Source: Waddliaceae bacterium (GTDB taxonomy: Bacteria > Chlamydiota > Chlamydiia > Chlamydiales > SLOH01). Taken from it: a DNA stretch of 64,000 bases. The stretch covers positions 1 through 64,000 of the forward strand of contig JBBDJA010000020.1 of the NCBI GenBank assembly GCA_040880105.1, in the 5' to 3' direction. The notes under the pieces were generated by a model, which did no database searches, was not told where the DNA came from, and saw nothing but the letters and a program-made list of their open reading frames with translations. Shown here piece after piece: positions 29,770 through 39,859 of the stretch. Each line of letters begins with the position of its first letter. Within the stretch, counting starts at the first letter, position 1. Position numbers and translations under genes: made by a program.

Positions 29770-31052
29770 TGGATTTTATTGCCAATCAATCCTCACAAAT
29801 TCAAGAGATGCTTGAGGTGATCGGAATCACCGACCCGACACAACTCTATCGCGACATTCCAAACTCACTGATCTTACCACCGCCAAAGGTTGATGACGGT
29901 CTTTCCGAGTATGAAGGGTTGCAGTGGATGAGGCAGCTCTCTAAAAAAAATACATTTGTTGATGATGATAATTATTTAGGCGCAGGAGCCTATGAGCACC
30001 ATATACCGGCAATTTGCGATGCGATTGGCAGCCGCTCTGAATTTTTAACCGCATACACTCCTTATCAAGCAGAAGCCTCCCAAGGCATGCTTCAAACGAT
30101 CTTTGAGTTTCAGACGGCCGTTTGCGCCTTAACAGGAATGGATGTTGCCAATGCTTCGGTATATGACGGCGCCTCCGCATGTGCAGAAGCTCTATTGATG
30201 GCACTTCGTCTCCATCGAGGGAAACGCAAAGTGATTCTAGTCTCTGAGCCGATCCACCCGCACTATAGAAAAGTTATCGACCAGTACTTGGAAAATCACG
30301 ACGTCACCCTCAAGGCCTTTTCCTCAAAAGAAGATCTGGATGACCAAGTGGCAGCTCTTTTGGTTTCATACCCTAACTTCCACGGCGTAATCGAAGATTT
30401 TCAACCTCTTTTTGAAGAAGCTAGAAAAAAAGGCATTCTCAATGTCGTCTTGGCAAATCCCCTGATTTACGGTCTCTTTCCATCGGCCAAAGCATTAGGT
30501 GGGGACATTGCTGTCGGAGATTTACAACCCTTCGGTCTGCCGATGCGCTTCGGTGGTCCATTTGTCGGTTATATGGCCACGCGCAGAGAGCTTGTGAGAC
30601 AACTCCCGGGACGTATCGTCGGCAGAACAGAGGATGACAGCGGTCGCACCGGATATGTCCTCACGATGCAGGCAAGGGAGCAGCATATTCGCCGGGAAAA
30701 AGCGACATCGAATATTTGCACCAATCAAGCCCACGCCGCTTTACTTAGCCTAATTGCGATTCTTTGGTATGGAAAAGAAGGGGTGAAAGAGCTTGCACTT
30801 GCCAACTACAGAAGAGCAGCTTACCTAAAAGAGGGATTAAGCAAGATTCCCGGAGTGAAAGTTTTGGGAGACAATCACTTAAATGAATTTGTTGTGCGCT
30901 TCAATCGTGATGTCGTTGAGCATTTCCGCAAAAATCACATTCAACCGGGAGTACCCCTGGAAAATCATTCGCTTCTTGTTGCTGTGACAGAAACTAAATC
31001 GAAAGAACAACTAGACCGCTATCTAAAGGTCGCAGCTGAGGCCATGAGATGA
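29769..31052 (+). CDS. gcvPA: Glycine dehydrogenase subunit 1
   Basis: TAYTPYQAEASQG, REQHIRREKATSNICTNQA. Confidence 0.96.
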   Translation: MDFIANQSSQIQEMLEVIGITDPTQLYRDIPNSLILPPPKVDDGLSEYEGLQWMRQLSKKNTFVDDDNYLGAGAYEHHIPAICDAIGSRSEFLTAYTPYQAEASQGMLQTIFEFQTAVCALTGMDVANASVYDGASACAEALLMALRLHRGKRKVILVSEPIHPHYRKVIDQYLENHDVTLKAFSSKEDLDDQVAALLVSYPNFHGVIEDFQPLFEEARKKGILNVVLANPLIYGLFPSAKALGGDIAVGDLQPFGLPMRFGGPFVGYMATRRELVRQLPGRIVGRTEDDSGRTGYVLTMQAREQHIRREKATSNICTNQAHAALLSLIAILWYGKEGVKELALANYRRAAYLKEGLSKIPGVKVLGDNHLNEFVVRFNRDVVEHFRKNHIQPGVPLENHSLLVAVTETKSKEQLDRYLKVAAEAMR

Positions 31053-32488
31053 GTCAGACCATTTTTGAAAAGTCTCAAAAGGGACAAAAAGCATTTAGCA
31101 TTCCCTTTCAGGATCCCGAATTTGAGAAATTTTCCCCCGCAATACCGACTCGAAAAGATGAGATTTTGCTTCCTGAGATTTCAGAGCTTGACCTATTGCG
31201 CCATTTTGTCCCCCTTTCGCAAAAAAATATGGGCATTGATACCCATTTTTATCCGCTTGGCAGTTGTACAATGAAGCTAAACCCCCGCGTGAATGAACAA
31301 GCGGCCAGTTTGCTTGGATTTTGCCAGTCGCATCCCTTAGCTCCCGACGACAGTGTCCAGGGAAATTTACAATTGATTCATGAGCTGACAACACTTTTAT
31401 GTCAGATTTGCGGGATGCACTCAGGAACTCTACAGCCCAACGCAGGTGCCCAAGGTGAGCTTGTCGGTCTCAAGATGATCGCCGCCTATCATAAGAAGAG
31501 AAATGTTGTTTAACGCGTTGTTATCCTCATCCCCGACTCTGCCCACGGGACAAATCCGGCAACCGTCACAATGGCCGGGATGAAAACAGTTCCACTTAAG
31601 TCATGTGCTTCCGGAGACATCGATCTTGAAGATCTGAAGTCAAAGCTTTCAAACCGCACGGCCGGCCTTATGCTAACCAATCCAAATACCTTGGGTGTCT
31701 TTAGCGCGAAAATTCTAGAGATCACAAAACTTGTTCATGAACATGGCGGGCTACTGTATTATGATGGTGCTAACCTCAACCCTCTTTTAGGAGTGGTTAG
31801 AATAGGTGAGATGGGTTTTGATGTTCTGCATATTAATTTGCATAAAACCTTCTCCACTCCTCATGGCGGAGGGGGACCCGGTTCTGGACCTGTCCTATGC
31901 TGTGAGCGTCTCACTCCTTTTCTTCCGGTCACAAGGGTATTGAAAAAAGAGGACCGTTACTACACATCAGATGACTTTGAAGACAGTATTGGACGCATTG
32001 CCTCATTTCACGGAAACTTCGGAATATATTTGCGCGCCTATCTGTATATTAAACTTCACGGGATGTTCGGTTTGAGGAAAGTGGCTGAAATGGCAGTTTT
32101 AAATGCAAATTACCTGAAGAAAAAGATAGCGCCCCTGTTCACTGTTCCATATTCCCAGCCGTGCTTTCACGAATTTGTGGTTCAAGCTGACAACTATCTC
32201 AATCAAGGCGTACGCGCGTTGGATATAGCCAAGCGTCTGCTTGATTATGGTGTCCACGCACCCACTGTTTACTTCCCGCTTATTGTCAAAGAGTGCCTCT
32301 TAATTGAGCCGACTGAAACAGAATCAAAAGCAACCCTTGATCGATTTATTGAGATTCTTGAAACGATTGTAGATGAAATTCAAACAGACGTAGATCTCGT
32401 TCTTAAAGCGCCGCATACCTATTCGGTTTCCCGACTGAATGAAGTTAAGGCCGCTAAGCAGCCTATTTTAACGGCAATGGATATCTGA
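31049..32488 (+). pseudogene. gcvPB: Glycine dehydrogenase subunit 2 interrupted by an in-frame TAA at 31511-31513 (nonsense mutation or sequencing error)
   Basis: ORFs 31049-31513 and 31571-32488 share a frame; read-through gives ...NVV*RVVILIPDSAHGTNPA; YPLGSCTMK and NLHKTFSTPHGGGGPG intact. Confidence 0.88.
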
Positions 32489-32493
32489 GAATT

Positions 32494-32517
32494 AAGAGGT
32501 TTTTTTAAAACCTCTTT
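32494..32517 (+). terminator. Hairpin after gcvPB
   Basis: AAGAGGTTTT-ttt-AAAACCTCTT stem. Confidence 0.55.
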
Positions 32518-32572
32518 CAAGTTGTTAAATCTAGCCTCATTTAAGAAAAACGCACTGTTAATCAGAGGCTCC
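32509..32572. repeat. Internally deleted copy of the palindromic element
   Basis: Contains, in order, AACCTCT, GTTGTTAAAT, AAGAAAAACGCACT and the right end GTTAATCAGAGGCTCC. Confidence 0.65.
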
Positions 32573-32684
32573 TTTACGCTCTTTGTCGATCCCTCTTTAC
32601 AACACACCAAACCGTAAATTAAAAGGGTTTGATAGAGGCCCCCGGCTCATATCAAATGAGATGGACCTCTATTCAGAGCTTCTG

Positions 32685-33953
32685 TTATTTGTGGCTCATT
32701 TTTTTAAGAATCGGATTCATTGCAAAGCTGATGAGGCCAAAAAAGAGTAGGCCCGCTGTCAGAATGAAAAAGATTGTCGTTTCGCCAAGAGTGTCTAAGG
32801 TAAGGCTGACGAATTCACCGCCTAAAAATGTGCCAAGCCCAATACCGGCCAGCATCAATCCCATCATACGCGTCACATACGGCCTAGGGGAAAGCGTTGT
32901 CACTGCAGCCCAAGAGATCGGAATAAAACAAAGCTCGCCGATCGTGATTAAAAACTGCATGATGACAATCCAAATCCAGTGGGGGTGACTATCGAGATAA
33001 CTTGACTTCACCGCAATCACACCAAAGGCAAGCGCAAGCAGTAAAAAGCCAATTCCCATTTTCACACCAACAAATGGATCGAGGTTTTTTTTCCCGAGAT
33101 AAGCCCAGAAAATGGAAAGCAAGGGGGCAAAAAATATAATAAAAAATGGATTAAGACTAGCAAGCCACAAGGTTGGAATGGTCCAGCCGAAAAAATGGCG
33201 ATCGACGTGGTCGCGGATATAAAGCGATAGCATTCCCGTCTGTTCCCACGCAATAAAAAAGAAAATCGTCATCAGGAAAAGATAACCGACAACTAGAAGT
33301 TGGCTTTTTTCTTTTGAAGTTAAAGGAACCGGCTGATGATCGACCGTTTTTACCTGGGGCTTTTTTCCCACTTCCCCTAAATACCGATCTTGTCCCCACC
33401 AAATGATAAATAGGGCGATTAACATCCCAAAGCCTGCAATAGAAAACCCAAGGTCGTACCCATAATTTTCCATTACCCAGCCGCTGACAAGCCCGCCAAT
33501 AAACGCGCCGACATTAATCCCGGTATAAAAGATTAGATAGGCGCTATCGCGTTGACTCTCGCTGGAATCATCATATAATTCACCTAGAATGGATGTCAGA
33601 CACGGCTTAAAAAAACCATTACCAATCGAAACAAGAGCAAGCGCCAAAAAGAATAAGGAGTTAAATGCCATACAGAAATGGCCAATGGCCATAAGGACAG
33701 CCCCGATCATTACCGAGCGCCTTTGACCTAAAAATCGATCGGCAAAATATCCGCCGATAACCGGTAAAATATAGGCCATTGCAAGATAGTTGTTCATTAA
33801 GAGAATCGCATCGGATTTCTCCCAAGCAAGTCCTCCTTCCATCACTTTTGCAGTCAAATATAGTGGAAGTAGCGCACGCAGCGAGTAGAAGCTAAAACGC
33901 TCCCACATTTCAGTCATAAAAAGAAGTTTAAGTCCGTTTCCGTGTTTGATCAT
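32685..33953 (-). CDS. POT/PTR family proton-dependent oligopeptide transporter
   Basis: EMWERFSFY (ExxER), GNGFFKP, FYTGINVGA. Confidence 0.93.
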   Translation of the reverse strand: MIKHGNGLKLLFMTEMWERFSFYSLRALLPLYLTAKVMEGGLAWEKSDAILLMNNYLAMAYILPVIGGYFADRFLGQRRSVMIGAVLMAIGHFCMAFNSLFFLALALVSIGNGFFKPCLTSILGELYDDSSESQRDSAYLIFYTGINVGAFIGGLVSGWVMENYGYDLGFSIAGFGMLIALFIIWWGQDRYLGEVGKKPQVKTVDHQPVPLTSKEKSQLLVVGYLFLMTIFFFIAWEQTGMLSLYIRDHVDRHFFGWTIPTLWLASLNPFFIIFFAPLLSIFWAYLGKKNLDPFVGVKMGIGFLLLALAFGVIAVKSSYLDSHPHWIWIVIMQFLITIGELCFIPISWAAVTTLSPRPYVTRMMGLMLAGIGLGTFLGGEFVSLTLDTLGETTIFFILTAGLLFFGLISFAMNPILKKMSHK

Positions 33954-33975
33954 TGTATTTCTAGGGTGTTATTTA

Positions 33976-35274
<1,299 letters not shown>

Positions 35275-35336
35275 TTATTGGCAAATGTAAATAAAAATTT
35301 TAATGTGGTAGAATAAGAGAAAGGAGGAAGTAGACG

Positions 35337-35744
35337 ATGACTCGATACCAAATTGCACTTTTCGGCGAGGCGGAGAAAGGGGAATTTTGCAAAGCCTACC
35401 CTTGTCAGTCTCTTTCCCATCTTCTCAACAACTTTGGCAATCCACCACCGGAAAGCCATGGCTTATTGTTTGCCATTCAATCTTTGATGTACCAGCGTCC
35501 GCTGATCTATTTTCGTGTGCACGAAGAGGGGTTTAGTATTGAGGATTACTTAAAGGGTTTGAAGGTTTTACAAGAAGAAGAAGAGGTCTTTTCCGATCTT
35601 TTTGCAATTGGAATTCCGGGAGTTGGTGACGACATTATTATTAATGCCGTCGCCCCGATCTGCTCCTACCATCAAGGTGTGATGGTAGTGACTGAGCCTG
35701 ATCTCTATGATTACCTTACAAGCGATGCCGCTTGTTTCTCATGA
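35337..35744 (+). CDS. Conserved chlamydial hypothetical protein
   Basis: IALFGEAEKG, FRVHEEGFS, PGVGD, DLYDYLT; convergent with ahpC as in Chlamydia; SD-like AGGAGG upstream. Confidence 0.75.
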   Translation: MTRYQIALFGEAEKGEFCKAYPCQSLSHLLNNFGNPPPESHGLLFAIQSLMYQRPLIYFRVHEEGFSIEDYLKGLKVLQEEEEVFSDLFAIGIPGVGDDIIINAVAPICSYHQGVMVVTEPDLYDYLTSDAACFS

Positions 35745-36329
35745 GACAGTAGAGAAATACTTCTTAAGACCTTCTTGATCCGGCTGCATGGATTTTTCAC
35801 CATTGTTCCAGTTTGCCGGGCAAACTTCGCCGTTTGTCTCAAAGAAGTTCAAAGCGTCAAGAATGCGCAACGCTTCATCAACAGAGCGTCCGAGCGGTAA
35901 ATCGTTAACGATTTGATGTCTAACAACTCCTTTCATATCGATTAAGAAGAGGCCGCGGAAAGCAACGCCTTCATCTGCATGGAGGACATCGTAGGATCTG
36001 GCGATGTCTTTATTAATATCGGAAATAATCGGGTATGTAATGCCTTCAATCCCACCATTTGTTTTCTTTGTATTTAGCCATGCGTAGTGTGAGTAACAGC
36101 TATCTACAGAGCATGCGATGACAGTTGCGTTGCGCTTTTCAAATTCGGCAAGCTTTTCTTGAAACGCATGAAGCTCAGTCGGACATACAAAGGTGAAATC
36201 AAGGGGGTAGAAAAAGAGGACGACATATTTGCCTTCGAATTGATCTAAATTGAAATTATCGACGATCTTATTGCCAACGACTGCTTTTGCGTTGAACTTT
36301 GGCGCTGGTTTACCGACTAGTACACCCAT
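35739..36329 (-). CDS. ahpC: 2-Cys peroxiredoxin
   Basis: FYPLDFTFVCPTE, GEVCPANW. Confidence 0.96.
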   Translation of the reverse strand: MGVLVGKPAPKFNAKAVVGNKIVDNFNLDQFEGKYVVLFFYPLDFTFVCPTELHAFQEKLAEFEKRNATVIACSVDSCYSHYAWLNTKKTNGGIEGITYPIISDINKDIARSYDVLHADEGVAFRGLFLIDMKGVVRHQIVNDLPLGRSVDEALRILDALNFFETNGEVCPANWNNGEKSMQPDQEGLKKYFSTVS

Positions 36330-36343
36330 TATTATCTCCTGTA

Positions 36344-36988
36344 TTATTGATAAATTTCTCTTGTATTCGGAAGCCAGGTTTCAGCCCCAATCGTTGTTTC
36401 CACTCCATGGCCGGGATAGACTTTGGTCTCATCTGGAAGGGCAGCGAGTTTGTCAATCGATACCCACATTCTTTCCGGCTGTGCGGTTGGAAACGAGATG
36501 TTCCCGATACTGCCGCGAAAGAGAGTGTCTCCGGTGATCAGGATCTTCTCTTCTTTATTAAAGAAGCAGACGCTTCCCGGTGTGTGTCCGGGTGTGTGGA
36601 TAACAGTCCATGTGCTTTCGACTGCATTTAACTCCATGCCATCTTCAAAAAAATGGTCCGGCTGAACAGCGACGATCGCAAGCCAAAGAATCATGCCATC
36701 AGATCCGGGCTCTTCAAGATTGCCTTTATCTTCCGGATGAATCCAAACATCTATTCCATACTGCTTTTTCACCCTAGCAACATCTGCAATATGATCCCAG
36801 TGACTATGAGTCAGCCAGATCGCCTGCGGGTTGAGGTTTTTTTCTGTGATAAAGTTGAAAATATGGTCGGCGGATCCCGGAGCGGGATCGATGATTAAAG
36901 CATTTTTTGTCTTAGGACAAAATGCAATATAGACGTTTGTTTCAACTGGACCTGTGGCGAAGGTGAATATCTCCATCCCTTTCTCCAT
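36344..36988 (-). CDS. MBL-fold metallohydrolase (glyoxalase II-like)
   Basis: THSHWDH, PGHTPGS, TGDTLF, PGHG. Confidence 0.92.
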   Translation of the reverse strand: MEKGMEIFTFATGPVETNVYIAFCPKTKNALIIDPAPGSADHIFNFITEKNLNPQAIWLTHSHWDHIADVARVKKQYGIDVWIHPEDKGNLEEPGSDGMILWLAIVAVQPDHFFEDGMELNAVESTWTVIHTPGHTPGSVCFFNKEEKILITGDTLFRGSIGNISFPTAQPERMWVSIDKLAALPDETKVYPGHGVETTIGAETWLPNTREIYQ

Positions 36989-36994
36989 TAAATT

Positions 36995-37068
36995 TGCACC
37001 GGAGAGGACTCGAACCTCTAACCGCCCGGTTCGTAGCCGGGTACTCTATCCAATTGAGCTACCGGTGC
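36995..37068 (-). tRNA. tRNA-Arg(ACG)
   Basis: GCACCGG/CCGGTGC acceptor stem, anticodon arm CCCGG-CTACGAA-CCGGG, GGTTCGAGTCC T arm; CCA not encoded. Confidence 0.96.
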
Positions 37069-37115
37069 TCAAGCAAGAGAAAGTTTAGATGTTTACTGGG
37101 TTTTTTACAAGTCTT

Positions 37116-38354
37116 TTAGTGAGATAGCTGCAGTTCATTGCTCATATTAGCCACTTCATTTTTCTTTGTACTTAGCAGAACATACGAGGTAGCAAATGCA
37201 AGAAACAGCCAATACCAGCAGATGCTCGACGGAATATTCGTGAGCTTATAGATCGCAAGTGAAAGTGCGGCCGAGGTTCCGCCAATCATTTGAGAGCCAA
37301 GGGCATAGGAAAAGGAGACAAGTGAATATCGATGAAATTTCGGAACAAGGTTTTGCGACCAGGAATGAAATGTGGCACTAAAACAGACGCCTAAGACAAC
37401 AAAAACCATGCGGATCCAATCGACAGTCTCCGCCCCAAGAATGGAGAAAAGAGGAAGAGCGATGATACCAAGACAAAGAGAGCTTCCGATCATTAGGTTT
37501 TCTCGAGAAAGTCTACCCCCAAGATAGCCAAATAAGGGCAGAAGGAGAAAGTCGAATAAGAGGAGCCAGCTATTTGATTTCATCATATCTGCTTTTGAAA
37601 GATCTGAAATCATCGGAACAAATCCGATCAGTAAGACAAAAATCATCATATATGTAGCATGTGAAAACCCCGACGCAAGCATGATCACACCGATTTTGCT
37701 TCTCATTTCCCATAGGTTCAAGACGCGCGTTTGAAATGAAATAGCGTCACTATCTATTTTTTTTATTTCATTTTTTCGTAAGTAGAACGCAATAAGGGCC
37801 GTTGACGCTCCAAAGAAGTATAAGAGTCTCCAAACACTCGATATCATTCCAAATTGATAGAGGAGAGTCACCGATGTAGAGGAGAGTAAAATGCCTGCAA
37901 TCGTTGATGTGCTAAAAATCCCGCTCGCAAAATCTTTTTTTTCTTCTGCAGTATTTTCGAGCCAGTAAATAGCTCCTCCCATTGTTTCTCCGGCCGAGCA
38001 AAAGCTTTGGAAGGAGCGCGCAAGAAGCAAAAGAAAAGGGGCGAACATTCCGATTGATGAGTAGGTGGGAAGGGTGCCGATTAAAAATGTGGAAAGCGCC
38101 ATTCCGCAAAGTGAATAGCAAAGCGCCTTGCTTCTTCCGGCGCTATCACCCAAATGGCCAAAATAGAGAGCGCCAATTGGCTTTGCAAGTTTTGCTATGG
38201 GAATAAAGGAGTATGTGACGATAAGCGCCGTTAGATAATCTTGCTCCGGAAAAAATAGCGTTGCAAAAAGAGGAGATAGAAATGCATAGAGACTCGAGTC
38301 AAAATTCTCCAGCAAATTTCCGAGATAGATCCCTAATACTGTTTTGCGATTCAC
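37116..38354 (-). CDS. MFS transporter, ProP-like metabolite:H+ symporter family
   Basis: GNLLENFD, PIGALYFGHLGDSAGR, LPTYSSIGMFAP, GETMGG. Confidence 0.88.
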   Translation of the reverse strand: MNRKTVLGIYLGNLLENFDSSLYAFLSPLFATLFFPEQDYLTALIVTYSFIPIAKLAKPIGALYFGHLGDSAGRSKALCYSLCGMALSTFLIGTLPTYSSIGMFAPFLLLLARSFQSFCSAGETMGGAIYWLENTAEEKKDFASGIFSTSTIAGILLSSTSVTLLYQFGMISSVWRLLYFFGASTALIAFYLRKNEIKKIDSDAISFQTRVLNLWEMRSKIGVIMLASGFSHATYMMIFVLLIGFVPMISDLSKADMMKSNSWLLLFDFLLLPLFGYLGGRLSRENLMIGSSLCLGIIALPLFSILGAETVDWIRMVFVVLGVCFSATFHSWSQNLVPKFHRYSLVSFSYALGSQMIGGTSAALSLAIYKLTNIPSSICWYWLFLAFATSYVLLSTKKNEVANMSNELQLSH

Positions 38355-38425
38355 TCTCTTTTTCTTGTTTGATTTTAAAGGAGTTTATACTGACATGCAT
38401 GGAATTTACATCGCAAGTCATTATA

Positions 38426-38586
38426 GGAACCCCTGATTAATTCAGATTATTAAATTTTGTGCCTTTTCCCAGAAATTCGAGAAAAACGCACTCACTTAAC
38501 TATCATGTAGTTAAGTTCGATTGTTTTTTCGAATTTTAGAAAAAATTCATGCAAAATTTAATTAACCTGCATTAATCAGACTTTCC
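38426..38586. repeat. Palindromic MITE-like element, copy 3 (TA on both sides)
   Basis: TA-GGAACCCCTGATTAAT ... ATTAATCAGACTTTCC-TA; centre CTTAACTA-tcatg-TAGTTAAG; very similar to copy 1. Confidence 0.9.
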
Positions 38587-38638
38587 TAGAAGAAATATGA
38601 TAATCCGACTTAATTGAAATTGTGATACAATTTGATCT

Positions 38639-39859
38639 ATGACTGATGCTTTTTGTAAAGATACATCAAGGGCTTTTATCTGGAATCGGGTCCTTAATAT
38701 CCCTTTTTGGACTTTGATTACAGCTCTTCCTTTTATACTGTACAAGGATATGCACGCCTCAAAGCTTCAATTGACTCTGGTGATTGCATTAAAACCGATC
38801 TCCGCTTTAATCGCCCCTTACTGGAGTATGTGGGTAGAGGAGAGAAAAGATCGGCTCCTTTCCAATATTTTTTGGGCCAATCTTTTGCGTTATATCCCTC
38901 TGCTTTTTTGCCCTTGGATGCACTCCCCTTGGCAGGTGATTGCCGCTTTTTTCTTTTATATGATTCTGAGCCGAGGCTCAACGCCGGCGTGGATGGAGAT
39001 GATGAAAAACCGACTCCCGAAAGAGAGTCATGCGCGGGTATTTCAGACCGGAAGTACCCTTGAATACCTGGGGACTGCGCTCTTACCTTTTGTTATGGGC
39101 AGCTTTTTAGATAGCGATCGAGTGCCGTGGCAATGGATGTTCTCAATTTCAGCGCTTCTTGCCCTGGCCTCCACCCTTTTTATCAAGAGAATCCCTAAAG
39201 TCGTGGAAGATAGACAAAAAGTCGGAAGGTCTTTTCGCGAGCATGTGATCAACCCGTGGTTACGCTTAAGAACCATCCTTTCGGATCGTCCGGATTTCAG
39301 TATGTATATCAAAGGATTTATGTTGGGAGGGGCGGGACTTATGATCTTGCACCCGGCTCTTTCTCTTTACTTTGTCGATGTTCTAGAACTCTCATACACA
39401 GAGATGCTACTTGCACTTGGACTATGTAAGGGGATCGGCTTTGCGATCTCTTCCCCTTTTTGGACCGGATATTTTCAGAGGGTCAATATCTATTTTTTCA
39501 GCGGAGTGATTGCACTTCTTGCCGCTTGTTTTCCGGTTTTACTTTTTTTTGCGAGCAGTCAGCTCAGCTTTCTTTATGTTGCCTACCTTCTCTACGGCAT
39601 CATGCAATCGGGAAGCGAGCTTAGTTGGCATATGTCCGGCCCATACTTTTCTAAGGATGAAGATAGCTCAAGCTACAGCGCAATTAATATGTTAACAGTC
39701 GGGCTTCGAGGCTGCATTGTTCCGTTTATCGGCGGATTGCTCCTGAGTTTTTTCGGCTCTGTCTATGTGCTTGGAATCGGCGCGATTTTTTGCATGATGG
39801 GAAGTTTTTATCTATTACGCTGTTCATCGCATTCTGCTGCCTATGAGAGTGCGCTTTAG
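38639..39859 (+). CDS. MFS transporter
   Basis: About 12 TM helices in two halves. Confidence 0.82.
   Translation: MTDAFCKDTSRAFIWNRVLNIPFWTLITALPFILYKDMHASKLQLTLVIALKPISALIAPYWSMWVEERKDRLLSNIFWANLLRYIPLLFCPWMHSPWQVIAAFFFYMILSRGSTPAWMEMMKNRLPKESHARVFQTGSTLEYLGTALLPFVMGSFLDSDRVPWQWMFSISALLALASTLFIKRIPKVVEDRQKVGRSFREHVINPWLRLRTILSDRPDFSMYIKGFMLGGAGLMILHPALSLYFVDVLELSYTEMLLALGLCKGIGFAISSPFWTGYFQRVNIYFFSGVIALLAACFPVLLFFASSQLSFLYVAYLLYGIMQSGSELSWHMSGPYFSKDEDSSSYSAINMLTVGLRGCIVPFIGGLLLSFFGSVYVLGIGAIFCMMGSFYLLRCSSHSAAYESAL

Noticed and set aside
31511..31513. Stop-codon reassignment or selenocysteine/pyrrolysine in gcvPB
   Set aside because: The codon is TAA, at a non-catalytic position, and TAA terminates many genes here
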